Below are positions 9,794 through 20,377 of a DNA stretch of 64,000 nt, piece by piece. Position 1 is the first letter of the stretch. The number at the start of each line of letters is the position of its first letter. Location: the NCBI GenBank assembly GCA_902595195.1, contig CACJPC010000003.1, forward strand, positions 19,827 through 83,826, written 5' to 3'. Source of the stretch: an uncultured Candidatus Actinomarina sp. (GTDB taxonomy: Bacteria; Actinomycetota; Acidimicrobiia; Actinomarinales; Actinomarinaceae). The translations under genes were made by a program, and so were the position numbers. The notes below the pieces were generated by a model. That model saw nothing but the letters and a program-made list of their open reading frames with translations, was not told the DNA's origin and did no database searches.

Positions 9794-11027
9794 AAATAAT
9801 GGTCTTTATTTTTGAAAAATCGATATCTGAAAAATTAGAATGTGGTGTTAGCACTAATAGCATGTCATAGTTATCGAATGAATTTATTTCATCTTCTTTG
9901 TTAATTGCTTTGCCAAACACTGAGAATTCTTTTACAAAAGGGTCGAAATAAGATACATCAACTTTCTTTTCCAAAAGTAATTCAGTTATATCAATAGCTG
10001 GAGACTCTCTCATGTCACTAATATCATTTTTGTAAGCTACTCCCATTAATAATATTTTGGAGTTATTCAATATTTTTCCATTTTTATTAAGAATTTCACT
10101 GATTTGACCAACTACATATGCAGGCATTGAGTTATTAATTTCTTGAGCTAACTCAACAAAGCGGACTGGTTTTCCTATCTGACGTGTTTTAAAAGATAGA
10201 TATTCTGGATCAACTGGGATACAGTGCCCTCCAACACCCGGTCCAGGTTTAAATGATTCAAAACCAAATGGTTTTGTTTTCGCAGCATTTACTACCTCCC
10301 ATATATCGATATCAAGCATTTTGCACAACATAGCCAATTCATTAATTAGAGCTATATTCACATGTCTGTATGTATTTTCGAGCAACTTAACCATCTCTGC
10401 TTCTTTAGTGCCTTTTACCAAAACTATATTTTCAATTATTGACTCATAAAAAGATTGGATTTTTTCAGTTGAAATATCATTGATTCCGCTAACTACCTTT
10501 GGGGTGTTTTTAAATTTCCAAACTTTATTGCCTGGATCAATTCTCTCTGGTGAGTACCCAACAAAAAAATCTTCACCTGCTTTTAATTTTGAAGTATTTT
10601 CTAAATTAGGAATTAGAACCTCAATAGTTGTACCAGGATAAGTAGTAGACTCAAGAATTATTACTTGGTTTTTAACTAAATTTTCACCGACAGTTTTGGC
10701 AGCATTAATTACAAAAGATAAGTCAGGTTGATAATCAGTTAAAGGTGTTGGAACACTTATTACTATATTTTGGCATTTTGAAAGTAATTCACTATCTAAT
10801 GTTGAATGAAAGTTATTAAGGGCATTAGATAATTCATCATTTAATATATCTTCTATAGGAGAGATTCCTTTGTTAATCATTTCAACTCTTTCAGGGTTAA
10901 TGTCATAACCAATGACTTTAAGGCCTTGGTTTGATGACTCTACTGCTAATGGAAGACCTACATAACCAAGCCCAACTACTCCTAAGTCATATTCAAATTC
11001 ATTGTTACTTGTCATTAAAATCCTCAA
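9747..11027 (-). CDS. UDP-N-acetyl-hexosamine (ManNAc/GlcNAc) 6-dehydrogenase, nucleotide-sugar dehydrogenase family
   Basis: N-terminal Rossmann motif GVVGLGYVGLPLA and catalytic-Cys motif GGHCIPVDP. ~426 aa, and translationally overlapped with the upstream UDP-GlcNAc 2-epimerase gene (a WecB/WecC or Cap5P/Cap5O-like pair). Confidence 0.85.
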   Translation of the reverse strand: MRILMTSNNEFEYDLGVVGLGYVGLPLAVESSNQGLKVIGYDINPERVEMINKGISPIEDILNDELSNALNNFHSTLDSELLSKCQNIVISVPTPLTDYQPDLSFVINAAKTVGENLVKNQVIILESTTYPGTTIEVLIPNLENTSKLKAGEDFFVGYSPERIDPGNKVWKFKNTPKVVSGINDISTEKIQSFYESIIENIVLVKGTKEAEMVKLLENTYRHVNIALINELAMLCKMLDIDIWEVVNAAKTKPFGFESFKPGPGVGGHCIPVDPEYLSFKTRQIGKPVRFVELAQEINNSMPAYVVGQISEILNKNGKILNNSKILLMGVAYKNDISDMRESPAIDITELLLEKKVDVSYFDPFVKEFSVFGKAINKEDEINSFDNYDMLLVLTPHSNFSDIDFSKIKTIIFDTTGSDFIQSTERL

Positions 11028-12108
11028 ATATCCTCTCAGAGGTTTTGCCGTCCCATAATTCTATTTCTTTGTAAGAGGCAAGTTTAGTATTTAAAGAATC
11101 GTTAATTTCACTAATAATATTTTTATTCACTCCAATAACTTTATTAGTTCCCATTTCTACTGTAATTGGTCTTTCGGTTTCTTCTCTTAATGTCAAGCAT
11201 TTTTTATTAAGAAAAGTAGTCTCTTCTTGTAGTCCACCAGAATCTGTTAAACATAATGTAGAATTATTAACTAGGCCTAAGAACTTAATATAAGGCTGAG
11301 GATTAATCACTTTAAATTTTGTTGTGTCGATATTATTTTTAACTACAAAATCGCGAAGTCTTGGATGTGCTGGAATGAGAATATCGTAATCTTTAGTAAA
11401 TTGTGAAACTCCATCAAAAATTGTCTTTAAATTACTATCAGTTAAATTGATTGGTCTATGCAAAGTAAGAACAAAATAATCTCTTTCAAGAGAAAACTCA
11501 GCTGGGTCAAAATTTTCTTTTGATACAATATGATCTAAATTTTTAACCAGCGTATCAATCATTATATTTCCAACATTTTTAATTTTTTCAATTGCTACAT
11601 TCTCACCAAGTAGATTTTGAACGGCATCGGAAGAAGGTGTATACAATTTATCGCAAATAGCATCAACCATCATTCTATTTCTTTCTTCAGGCATATCTAA
11701 GTTTCTCGATCTCAAGCCTGCTTCTACATGGAAGCATCTAATATTGTTGTTTTTTGCAGTTATTGCTCCAGCTAGTGTTGAAGTAACATCTCCAAAAACG
11801 AACAAATTCTTTACACTCTCGTCATTTAGATGAAAATCTAATTCAGTAACAATCTTTCCTAATTGTTCATTCATTGATTTATTTTGAACATTTAAATGTA
11901 TATCGGGTTGTCTCAACTCTAAATCTTGAAAAATATCTTCGGACATATTTTTATCCCAATGTTGACCGGTGTGAATAAAAAGCACATTTAAGTTATTTTC
12001 TTCAAACTTGTTTAAAAGAGGTGCAACTTTTACAAAATTTGGCCTTGCGCCAACAATCATTGCTGTGTCATATTTTGTTTTAGTCACGTTTACCATAATA
12101 GTAGGCAT
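11005..12108 (-). CDS. UDP-N-acetylglucosamine 2-epimerase (non-hydrolysing type)
   Basis: GARPNFVKVAPL, HTGQHWD, HVEAGLRS and DSGGLQEE motifs of the epimerase_2 family. Confidence 0.9.
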   Translation of the reverse strand: MPTIMVNVTKTKYDTAMIVGARPNFVKVAPLLNKFEENNLNVLFIHTGQHWDKNMSEDIFQDLELRQPDIHLNVQNKSMNEQLGKIVTELDFHLNDESVKNLFVFGDVTSTLAGAITAKNNNIRCFHVEAGLRSRNLDMPEERNRMMVDAICDKLYTPSSDAVQNLLGENVAIEKIKNVGNIMIDTLVKNLDHIVSKENFDPAEFSLERDYFVLTLHRPINLTDSNLKTIFDGVSQFTKDYDILIPAHPRLRDFVVKNNIDTTKFKVINPQPYIKFLGLVNNSTLCLTDSGGLQEETTFLNKKCLTLREETERPITVEMGTNKVIGVNKNIISEINDSLNTKLASYKEIELWDGKTSERIFEDFNDK

Positions 12109-12140
12109 AAATATTCAAATTATTAACTATTATTGAATCA

Positions 12141-13082
12141 ATGACTAAAGTTGTAATTAATTTATGTGGCGTAAAATCAAAGGGTGGCGTTACTGTAGTT
12201 AATAATTATCTAAAACAAAATAATACTAAAAACTTATATGTGATTTATGACAATCTAGAATTTAAGAAATATATTGATAATTTTGATAATCAATATATTA
12301 TAACTAAGCGTTTTTACCACCCTTTTTTAAATATTTTGCTAAATAAAAACATCAAAGAAAAAATTAATACTTATGATTACATAATACATTTTGGTAATTT
12401 TGGATTTAAGACAAAAATTAAATCATATACACTTGTACAAAATATTCTTCCATTAGTTAAGCCCTTCTCATCATTTAGAAATTTTGTTCTAAATCTTCTT
12501 TACAAATTTACTTTTAAAATATCAGATAAAATAATTGTTCAACAAAAACATGTTGAAGAGTTAATTCCAAATCAATATGCAACAAAAATAATTGGTTCAA
12601 TTGAAATTAAAACTATTAAACAATCAAATAATCGCGGTTTTATAACTATATATGACGAAAATAAAAATAAAAATCCAAAGTTTCAAAGAGAACTTTTAAA
12701 AGAAATTTCATCTAAGTATGACGAAAAAATAACTGTAGTTAATTTAGCAAAACACATAAATAATGAATTTTATGATAGCAATATTACTGTCCTTGAAAAC
12801 ATAGAGCGAGATGAATTAATACAAATTTTTAAACTGCATTCGACTTATATTCATACAAGCGAATTTGAAACCGTAGGTCTTCCAATTTATGAAGCTCTTG
12901 AATCAGGTTTAAAAGTTGTAGTTCCAAATTTAAATTATTTAAATTTAATAAACGAAAATATATTCAAATATGAATTTGGAAATTATTCATCTGCAATTAA
13001 AGCATGTAACGAATCAATCAAAAATTTAGAAAAAATATATTGTGATGTTCCAATATATTATGAAAATTGGGATTTAGATTAA
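12141..13082 (+). CDS. glycosyltransferase (GT-B fold, GT1/GT4-like)
   Basis: C-terminal E-x7-E-type motif (SEFETVGLPIYEALESGLKVV) and genomic context. Confidence 0.6.
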   Translation: MTKVVINLCGVKSKGGVTVVNNYLKQNNTKNLYVIYDNLEFKKYIDNFDNQYIITKRFYHPFLNILLNKNIKEKINTYDYIIHFGNFGFKTKIKSYTLVQNILPLVKPFSSFRNFVLNLLYKFTFKISDKIIVQQKHVEELIPNQYATKIIGSIEIKTIKQSNNRGFITIYDENKNKNPKFQRELLKEISSKYDEKITVVNLAKHINNEFYDSNITVLENIERDELIQIFKLHSTYIHTSEFETVGLPIYEALESGLKVVVPNLNYLNLINENIFKYEFGNYSSAIKACNESIKNLEKIYCDVPIYYENWDLD

Positions 13083-14297
13083 ATTATTTATTAATTTTGT
13101 TGCTGAAAAATTGTTATTGAAATTTCCTATATTCAATTCAAGTCTATTTTCTCTAATATTATCAAAGTAATTTTCTATTTCATTTTTTGTAGTTTTACTA
13201 TTTATTATTTTTAAGTTATCAAATAGATCGTTGAAATTGTAAAGTGGGTCATCTGCAATTTCAGCAAAATGGAGAACAGGTTTTCCTAAAGATATATATT
13301 CGATTACTTTGCTGGGCATTTGATATTTATTAAAATTACCAATCGATAACAATATATGCATTTTGCTAACCATAACTTCAAGAGCTATTTCTCTTGGTAA
13401 TATGTCTAGAAATTGATGTGATGAGATATTTTTTATTGATGTAAAATATTTTTTTGATTCTTTGTTTGTATACCACTCATGTTTAATATCATCATCTAAA
13501 GAATTAGCAATACTGATTATGTAATTATTTGGTTCCCTGACAGATTTAGTAAAAGCCCCGAAATATCCAATTTTCAATGGAGTGTCTGCATAATTAAAAT
13601 TCAATGAATTATTAATTCTTTTTTCATCTAATAAAGCTACTGGATACCCTATAACAATTTTTGTTCTATCTATATTGAATTTATTTTGATGAAGTTCGGC
13701 TACTTCATTGTGTGTAAAAATAATTTTTGAAGCATTTTGATAAAATTTTTTCTCATAATATTTGTTTAAATAAGAATAAATAATTTTATTGTTTTCAGGA
13801 GAATTAATTTTTAATGAAAAAGGGTCTCCAATATCCATATACCAATCAGCACTAATTCTTTTTTGTAATATGTAAGCACACAGATGAGAAGTAAATGGAA
13901 GACTTACTGAAATTATTATGTCAAATTTGTTTTCTATACGTTTTCTATTTTTAAATATCGTAAATGCCCAAAACATTGCATAATCTGGCCACGAAAATGT
14001 TTTAAATAAAAATCGGTAAATGGTCTTTAATATTGAATAAATTATTTTTTTAAGATAATTATTTGATGAGTCCTGAGAGTCTTTTCTAACTTTGTTTATA
14101 TTTGATGAAAATTGCTTATTTCCAAAGTACAGAACTTCATAGTTCTTTTTTAATTCTTCAGGAGCAGTTCCAGTCAGAACTGTTACTTCATTTCCTTTTT
14201 TGATTAACTCATCAATCAATAAACTCCATCTGGTTGTCCTAGGGCTTACGAAAGGTAAAAATTGATGAGATACAATTAAAATTTTTTTATTTTTCAT
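13074..14297 (-). CDS. glycosyltransferase (GT-B fold, GT4-like)
   Basis: The N-terminus KILIVSHQFLPFVSPRTTRWSLLIDELIKKGNEVTVLT is typical of GT4 N-domains. Context supports the call. The C-terminal motif is degenerate. Confidence 0.55.
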   Translation of the reverse strand: MKNKKILIVSHQFLPFVSPRTTRWSLLIDELIKKGNEVTVLTGTAPEELKKNYEVLYFGNKQFSSNINKVRKDSQDSSNNYLKKIIYSILKTIYRFLFKTFSWPDYAMFWAFTIFKNRKRIENKFDIIISVSLPFTSHLCAYILQKRISADWYMDIGDPFSLKINSPENNKIIYSYLNKYYEKKFYQNASKIIFTHNEVAELHQNKFNIDRTKIVIGYPVALLDEKRINNSLNFNYADTPLKIGYFGAFTKSVREPNNYIISIANSLDDDIKHEWYTNKESKKYFTSIKNISSHQFLDILPREIALEVMVSKMHILLSIGNFNKYQMPSKVIEYISLGKPVLHFAEIADDPLYNFNDLFDNLKIINSKTTKNEIENYFDNIRENRLELNIGNFNNNFSATKLINNLI

Positions 14298-15663
14298 TTT
14301 TTTGTAAATTTAGAGCAAAAGCAAATGCAATTGCCAAGTGAGCTGCTATTTCTTCTGCTTGATATGAATATATAAATAGAATTGAAATAAAACTTATCAA
14401 CAAATAAGGCTGGATAGGTGTAATTCTAAAAACTAATCTTCTGAATACATCAATCAATATATAAAGAAACCATAAGAGCCCTACCAGACCTGTTGACATT
14501 AAGATATTCGCATATAGGTTGTTGAATGAAACTACTTGACCTGGGTTTCTATAAATTATTTGATTGTCTTGTAATTTCTTTGTTGCTTCATCAGCAGCAT
14601 AAGAAAATGTTATATTTGAATATCCATATCCATCTCCAAAGACTGAAAAACCTTGATCTTGTATATATTCAATTAAAAAAGCTGTGTTTGAAAAGGCATC
14701 AAGACCCTGAGAAGCTATTTCCTGAAACCTACCAAAAGTTGCTTCTGAAACATTTGGAGAACTTTTTAATTCATCTAATTTATCTTCTGTGTAGCAAACA
14801 CAGTCTTCAACTGTTTCGGAGCAATAATTATCATCTGGCGGAAACTGATATGAAAAAATACTGGAAGTGAAAATTATTAAGATAAACAACGTAATTAAAG
14901 CAATTAAGTTAAAATCGAATTTTTTATGAATCACTAAAATCATTAAAAGTACAATGGAAGATGCAAGCAAGAAGGCTATCACACCTGTCAAACTCCTGCT
15001 TAAAACAATACTCAATATTGGAATTGTTGATAAAACATACCAAATTTTCTTAGTTTTACCCATATAAAAAAAATATGGTAAGAAAGGGACAGTCCATATT
15101 GCAAGAAAACTGGGTTCTCTAAAAGTTCCATAATTTCTTAAAATATTACATGCCCGTTCAATGGGTTGTGTCCAACCACCTGATCCAGGCCTTGTTCTGG
15201 GGAAATCACCATAACCATATATATAAGAAAAGTAACTAATTAAAGATAGCGTCGATATAAACAAACTGGATATCAGAAAGAAACTTAAGATATATTCAAA
15301 ACTATATTTTTTTAGTATGTAATCAAGGCAATAAATAACAACTAAAAATAGTATAAGCCTTAGAAGTCTAAGGCTTATATATTGAAGATATGTTGTACTT
15401 GCATATTTTGGAAGAACAACATCATTAAAAAGTGACTGGAATAAAGTAATAAAAACTCCATAAAAAACCCAATTTCTTATTGATACAAAATTAAAGCTAG
15501 AAACTTTAAAGCCTAAAAATTGTATACCAACAAAGACAGAAATCAAGAAAGCTACACCCAACCAATAAATTGGAATATTGTTAATAGAATAAGCATCAAG
15601 CCCTTCAAAGACTAAAAACAATGTTATTGAAAAAAGTAAAAGTTTTGAATATTGTACTTTCAA
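14287..15663 (-). CDS. O-antigen ligase/polymerase (Wzy_C)-like polytopic membrane protein
   Basis: 458 aa, >=10 TM segments, and one ~130-aa Cys-containing external loop (DDNYCSETVEDCVCY) near the C-terminal third. Located in a glycan cluster. Confidence 0.6.
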   Translation of the reverse strand: MKVQYSKLLLFSITLFLVFEGLDAYSINNIPIYWLGVAFLISVFVGIQFLGFKVSSFNFVSIRNWVFYGVFITLFQSLFNDVVLPKYASTTYLQYISLRLLRLILFLVVIYCLDYILKKYSFEYILSFFLISSLFISTLSLISYFSYIYGYGDFPRTRPGSGGWTQPIERACNILRNYGTFREPSFLAIWTVPFLPYFFYMGKTKKIWYVLSTIPILSIVLSRSLTGVIAFLLASSIVLLMILVIHKKFDFNLIALITLFILIIFTSSIFSYQFPPDDNYCSETVEDCVCYTEDKLDELKSSPNVSEATFGRFQEIASQGLDAFSNTAFLIEYIQDQGFSVFGDGYGYSNITFSYAADEATKKLQDNQIIYRNPGQVVSFNNLYANILMSTGLVGLLWFLYILIDVFRRLVFRITPIQPYLLISFISILFIYSYQAEEIAAHLAIAFAFALNLQKNEK

Positions 15664-17279
15664 CTTATCCTCTTATACCCATTAGAAAACTTAACTTTAA
15701 CGCCCTTATTTTCTTCACCCCATGAAGTATATGCCTGAATATCAGCGTTATTTGAAAAATCTTCAATACTTACTTCACCATCATTAAATTCTATTTTTCG
15801 ATAAATTCTTTTTCCATGAAATTCTGCAAAACCCAAAAAATTATATTTATCACATTGCAATACTTCTCCATCACCCATGTAATTTAACTTGAAGCAATCG
15901 AATTCATCTTCTTTAGGAAATTGAATTTTTGCTTTTGGCCCCCAGTGGTAATCAAGTGATCTAAATTTATTTCTAGTTGCAATATCATCAGTATATGTAC
16001 CTGTACCAGGATCTCTTAATATCCAAGAATTATCAGTAAAACATTCGATTGAAAGTTGGTCATAATGGGAATGGCCACCAATTCCATTTTGTCCGATAGG
16101 CCCACACCTAATGCTGAAATACTCATCATCATTTCTCCAAATGTATATACCAAAATCTTTAAAGCAGTAACTTTGATAATCTTTTGTAAATACTTTAATT
16201 TTTTTATGAGTAACCTTTTGAAAGTTATCAAAAGAAGGAATCGTAGATTTTATTTCGTAAGTAAATTTTTTTTCCTCTTGATAGAATTCTGATTTTTGAA
16301 ACAAGTTTCTAATTATTTCCAACAACCAATTCATTTTGAGTGGTGCATCTTCATCAAAAGCAGAATAGAACAACCTCCCAGAATCATTATCCCCTATTTG
16401 AGACAACTCATCTTTAATCATTAATTTTGATAAAAGGACATAGTTTGATTTAATAATTTCATCAATCTGTTGAATAATTACTGAATTTTTATCCATCTCT
16501 TCTATCACAAGCCTGCAAATGATAAGTGCTTCAGTTACAAAAGCAGAATAATGTGAAGAACCTTCAAAATTAGTTCCATCTTTATAAAATTGTTTATTTA
16601 ACTCAGATAACAATTCATTTTGATAATATTTCCATTCTTCCTCATCATTTTCAAAAGTAAATGTAGCAATAGTCAACAAAATTGAAGTGAGTTCAATTAA
16701 ATAATGATTTCCAACTACATTCCCTTTGTTTTCTAGGTTATTTATTGTGAATTCGTAGTGTTGACCTATATATGACGATATTAAATCTTTATTATTTCCT
16801 AAAATTTCTGCAATTTTAATTTCAGATTCTATATTGAATAAATGAAATATTAAATTTATATTTCTAATAGCAACATCCATAGGACTGTTCCAATAAATTG
16901 AAGAGAATTTATTAACGTCAATTTTTCCTGATTTTGCTTTTTGTAAATATTGTAATCTTGAAGCTTCATAAGGTACTTTTACATCTGCAATATTAAAAAA
17001 AGCAGGTTTTAATTTTTTGTTGGAAAAATCATAATTTGAAAAAATATCATTTGAAATTTCATATTTATCTGTAAATTTGCCGAATATTTGAATTTTTTCA
17101 TTCAAATCAATCTTCATATCCAAATTTGTAGAGCCTATGCATTCTCTTATAAGAAATTTTTGAAAGTTAGTATTTCTTCTTTCAAATATTCTAAAATTTA
17201 ATGGAATCTCATTATTAGTTTTTATCAAATATTTCGCGTTATATTTTAATCTTCTGAGTAATGTCTTTAATTTACCCAT
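15660..17279 (-). CDS. heparinase II/III-like family protein (polysaccharide lyase / epimerase-like fold)
   Basis: 539 aa, soluble. The C-terminal half has GIGGHSHYDQLSIE, matching the GHxHxDxLSF signature I recall for the Hepar_II_III domain. Confidence 0.6.
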   Translation of the reverse strand: MGKLKTLLRRLKYNAKYLIKTNNEIPLNFRIFERRNTNFQKFLIRECIGSTNLDMKIDLNEKIQIFGKFTDKYEISNDIFSNYDFSNKKLKPAFFNIADVKVPYEASRLQYLQKAKSGKIDVNKFSSIYWNSPMDVAIRNINLIFHLFNIESEIKIAEILGNNKDLISSYIGQHYEFTINNLENKGNVVGNHYLIELTSILLTIATFTFENDEEEWKYYQNELLSELNKQFYKDGTNFEGSSHYSAFVTEALIICRLVIEEMDKNSVIIQQIDEIIKSNYVLLSKLMIKDELSQIGDNDSGRLFYSAFDEDAPLKMNWLLEIIRNLFQKSEFYQEEKKFTYEIKSTIPSFDNFQKVTHKKIKVFTKDYQSYCFKDFGIYIWRNDDEYFSIRCGPIGQNGIGGHSHYDQLSIECFTDNSWILRDPGTGTYTDDIATRNKFRSLDYHWGPKAKIQFPKEDEFDCFKLNYMGDGEVLQCDKYNFLGFAEFHGKRIYRKIEFNDGEVSIEDFSNNADIQAYTSWGEENKGVKVKFSNGYKRIS

Positions 17280-18507
17280 ATGACCTTCTAAAACTGTAAG
17301 TTGTTAGCCCAGCAATAATAACTTGTGAAATAATTATTGATAAAACTGCAGGATTCTCTCCAATAGTATGCATTACGAAATATGTAACATATGACAACGC
17401 CGCTCCAAAAATAATGGTTTTTGTTAAATTAATTTCAAAATTAAGTGCTCTTGAAAAAATTATATTTATCCTTGACCAAACCATTAATGGAATACAAAAC
17501 AATATTTGATATGTATATTCTGATACCATATCAAACTCTTCCCCTAATAAAGTAATAAAAATGGTATTGCCGAAATCTTTAAATATGAAATAAATAATTG
17601 GAATCAGAAAAGAAGCTAAAAATACTTTTATTAACTTCGATCTGATAGAGTTTATCTCACTTTTATCGTTAGCTTTTGAAAGCTCTGGAAATAGAATATC
17701 TAAACTAGCAGCCAAAAGTTGAAAAATAATTTCTAAAATTCTTCTAGACCAAGCTAATACTCCTAGAACGGATCCAGAATAAAATAAGCCCAAAAGCACG
17801 ATGTCTAATTCAGAAATTAATGCACTTGAAAATGTTGTTAGAACCATCTTCTTACCAGATTTTTGTAAATTGGTTTTAACATTTGGAGTAGATGTAGTTT
17901 TGAATATTTTTTCGTTTTTAGGTATCGAAACATGAGCAATAACAAAAAATAAAACTAGCATAAACACCTGAAAAGCTATCAAAAAGATAATCGAAAAACC
18001 TTGAAGCACTATTATCCATGCACCGACTCCGTAAAGTACTGTTCTAACAAATATTTGTTTTGAACTAGTTACGAAATCTCCTCTAGACTGAAAAAAAGCA
18101 AGCGCTACATGGATTAATTCATTAAATACAAACCCCATTAAGAATAATGCTGTCATAGAAAAATCTCTTTGAAACAGTAAAGTCACAGGAAAAAGTATTA
18201 ATAATGTAATGAAAAAATTTCTAATAATTATGTAATAAGAATTAACAAACAAAAGTTTTGAATCTTCACTGTTTTTAGCCAAAGCCTTAGTTACAACTAA
18301 AGCCAGAGACATTACAATTGCTGTACCTAATAATACTGAAAGGCTTTTTGAGGAAGCATACTCACCATAAATTTCTGCACCATATTCTCGACTAATAATC
18401 GTTATTAAGAAAAAATTAACAACAAGAAGGGTTAATTGCATAATAGATATATAAAAAGTATTTTTTTTCCAATTTTTTATCAACTTGATCTCCTGCTCAT
18501 ATGCCAT
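17272..18507 (-). CDS. polysaccharide flippase (Wzx / MOP-PST family)-like
   Basis: 411 aa with ~12 TM segments. Position between the amidotransferase and lyase-like genes is typical for Wzx. No strict motif exists for this family. Confidence 0.6.
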   Translation of the reverse strand: MAYEQEIKLIKNWKKNTFYISIMQLTLLVVNFFLITIISREYGAEIYGEYASSKSLSVLLGTAIVMSLALVVTKALAKNSEDSKLLFVNSYYIIIRNFFITLLILFPVTLLFQRDFSMTALFLMGFVFNELIHVALAFFQSRGDFVTSSKQIFVRTVLYGVGAWIIVLQGFSIIFLIAFQVFMLVLFFVIAHVSIPKNEKIFKTTSTPNVKTNLQKSGKKMVLTTFSSALISELDIVLLGLFYSGSVLGVLAWSRRILEIIFQLLAASLDILFPELSKANDKSEINSIRSKLIKVFLASFLIPIIYFIFKDFGNTIFITLLGEEFDMVSEYTYQILFCIPLMVWSRINIIFSRALNFEINLTKTIIFGAALSYVTYFVMHTIGENPAVLSIIISQVIIAGLTTYSFRRSYG

Positions 18508-20324
18508 TTTGCTAAATTAGCCAAATACCATTTTTTTTGGAAATCTTGACCTGAAATAACTTTATTTAAATATTTTTGATCATATAAGCCAGTAATTGAA
18601 TTGAATTCTTGGATTGCTTCATAAAAATAATTTTCATCTTTCTTGATCCATTCACCTACTGGTGCTCTAAATCCTTGTTTCTTTCTGTTAAATATTTGCT
18701 TGGAAATATGCTTTGATGCAACTTTTTTAAGCAAAGGCTTTGTATTATTTTTATCAAAAATAATACTCTCAGGAATAGAAAGAACAAATTCTATCAATTT
18801 GTGGTCAAGAAATGGCACTCTAGCCTCAATAGAAGATTGCATTACCAGCTTATCCATTCTCATCAAAAGTAATTCAGGTAACCTAATTTGTAAATCTATA
18901 AGAGTCATCCATTTTGATAAATATGAGTTTTTATTTGAAAAATAATCATCCCACTTATTATCAACAAAATGAATTAATTCATACTCTTGAGTAATTCCTT
19001 CAAATAAAAGATTGTTTATCTCTGGTAGATTAAATCCTAATGCACCTCCTGCAAAAGAAGTTCGATTTAATAGTATATTTGAAAGCATGTTTCCTCTATG
19101 ACTTTTGAAGTTAAAATTACTTAATCGAGATTTTGTTATTGGACTTAAGAAATTATTTAGCTTCATAAATCTGATCCAGTGTTCATATCCATAAAATAGC
19201 TCATCTGCCCCTTCCCCTACCTGCACAACCTTGATTCCATTATCTTTTGCTGATTTACCTAAAAAATATAATGGAATGCCAACTTCATCACCAACTAAAT
19301 CATCTTGATAGAAAGAGTAATTATCAATAATCTTTTTAAAATCTGAATATTGTATTTTGTCTTCAATTAGATTTACACCTATATGAGAAGCAGCAAACCT
19401 TGCCTCATCTACTTCTCCTTCATATCCTTGAAAATGTTCTTGATAATCAATATTGAAGCTCTTAACATCTGAATTTGTATCTTTGCTCATAATCTTACCA
19501 ATTAAGGAGGAATCTAAACCACCAGATAAAAATAAGCCAACTTCAACATCACTTACTTTTCTGTACTTGACAGATTCAAATAATAATTCTTCAACTTTTA
19601 ATATCGCTTCATTTTCAGTAATTGAATGATCAACTTCAAAAGAAAATGGATCCCAATATTTATTTTTTGAAATACTTTTATCTTTATTGAGAACCAAGTA
19701 TTGACCTGGTTCTAATTTTGAAATATTTTTATTACCTGTATTGCTGCTTGGTACTGATAAGTGCCTCAAGTATGAAATATATGAATCATAATCAGCACTA
19801 AAAGAAATTATTCCAGACTTTTCAATTGCTTTTAATTCAGAACTAAATATAAACACTTCATCTAAAAGTGAGAAATACAGAGGTTTTATACCTACTCTAT
19901 CTCTAGCTAAAAAAAATGACCCTTCAAGAGAGTCATAAATTGCAAAGGCAAATTGGCCTCTTAATAAATCAAGGATTTTGCTTCCATAATGGACAAATCC
20001 CTCAAGTAAAACTTCTGTGTCTCCATCTGTAAAAAAACGTACACCTTTATCTTCAAGTGTTTTACGAATTTCTCTGAAGTTGTAAATTTCACCATTGAAC
20101 ACTATTGAAAATCTATCGTCTTTTGAATACATTGGTTGATTTGAACGCTGATCGAGATCAATAATTGATAAACGAGTGTGAATTAAAGCAACATTTTCGT
20201 TAATATAATCTATCTTAGAAAAGTCAGGACCTCTATGTTCTAAAGATTTTTTTATTCCATTTGCTAATTCTGGATTAATCTTTGACTGGTCAAAGTTTAA
20301 AATTCCAGCTATTCCACACATCAA
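18480..20324 (-). CDS. asparagine synthase (glutamine-hydrolysing) family amidotransferase
   Basis: N-terminal MCGIAGI nucleophile Cys2 (Ntn amidotransferase) and the SGGLDSS PP-loop. 614 aa. Confidence 0.9.
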   Translation of the reverse strand: MMCGIAGILNFDQSKINPELANGIKKSLEHRGPDFSKIDYINENVALIHTRLSIIDLDQRSNQPMYSKDDRFSIVFNGEIYNFREIRKTLEDKGVRFFTDGDTEVLLEGFVHYGSKILDLLRGQFAFAIYDSLEGSFFLARDRVGIKPLYFSLLDEVFIFSSELKAIEKSGIISFSADYDSYISYLRHLSVPSSNTGNKNISKLEPGQYLVLNKDKSISKNKYWDPFSFEVDHSITENEAILKVEELLFESVKYRKVSDVEVGLFLSGGLDSSLIGKIMSKDTNSDVKSFNIDYQEHFQGYEGEVDEARFAASHIGVNLIEDKIQYSDFKKIIDNYSFYQDDLVGDEVGIPLYFLGKSAKDNGIKVVQVGEGADELFYGYEHWIRFMKLNNFLSPITKSRLSNFNFKSHRGNMLSNILLNRTSFAGGALGFNLPEINNLLFEGITQEYELIHFVDNKWDDYFSNKNSYLSKWMTLIDLQIRLPELLLMRMDKLVMQSSIEARVPFLDHKLIEFVLSIPESIIFDKNNTKPLLKKVASKHISKQIFNRKKQGFRAPVGEWIKKDENYFYEAIQEFNSITGLYDQKYLNKVISGQDFQKKWYLANLAKWHMSRRSS

Positions 20325-20377
20325 TTTAACTTTAATGTTGAATTTATTTAATTGATTAAGATTAATTTATATAGTTT

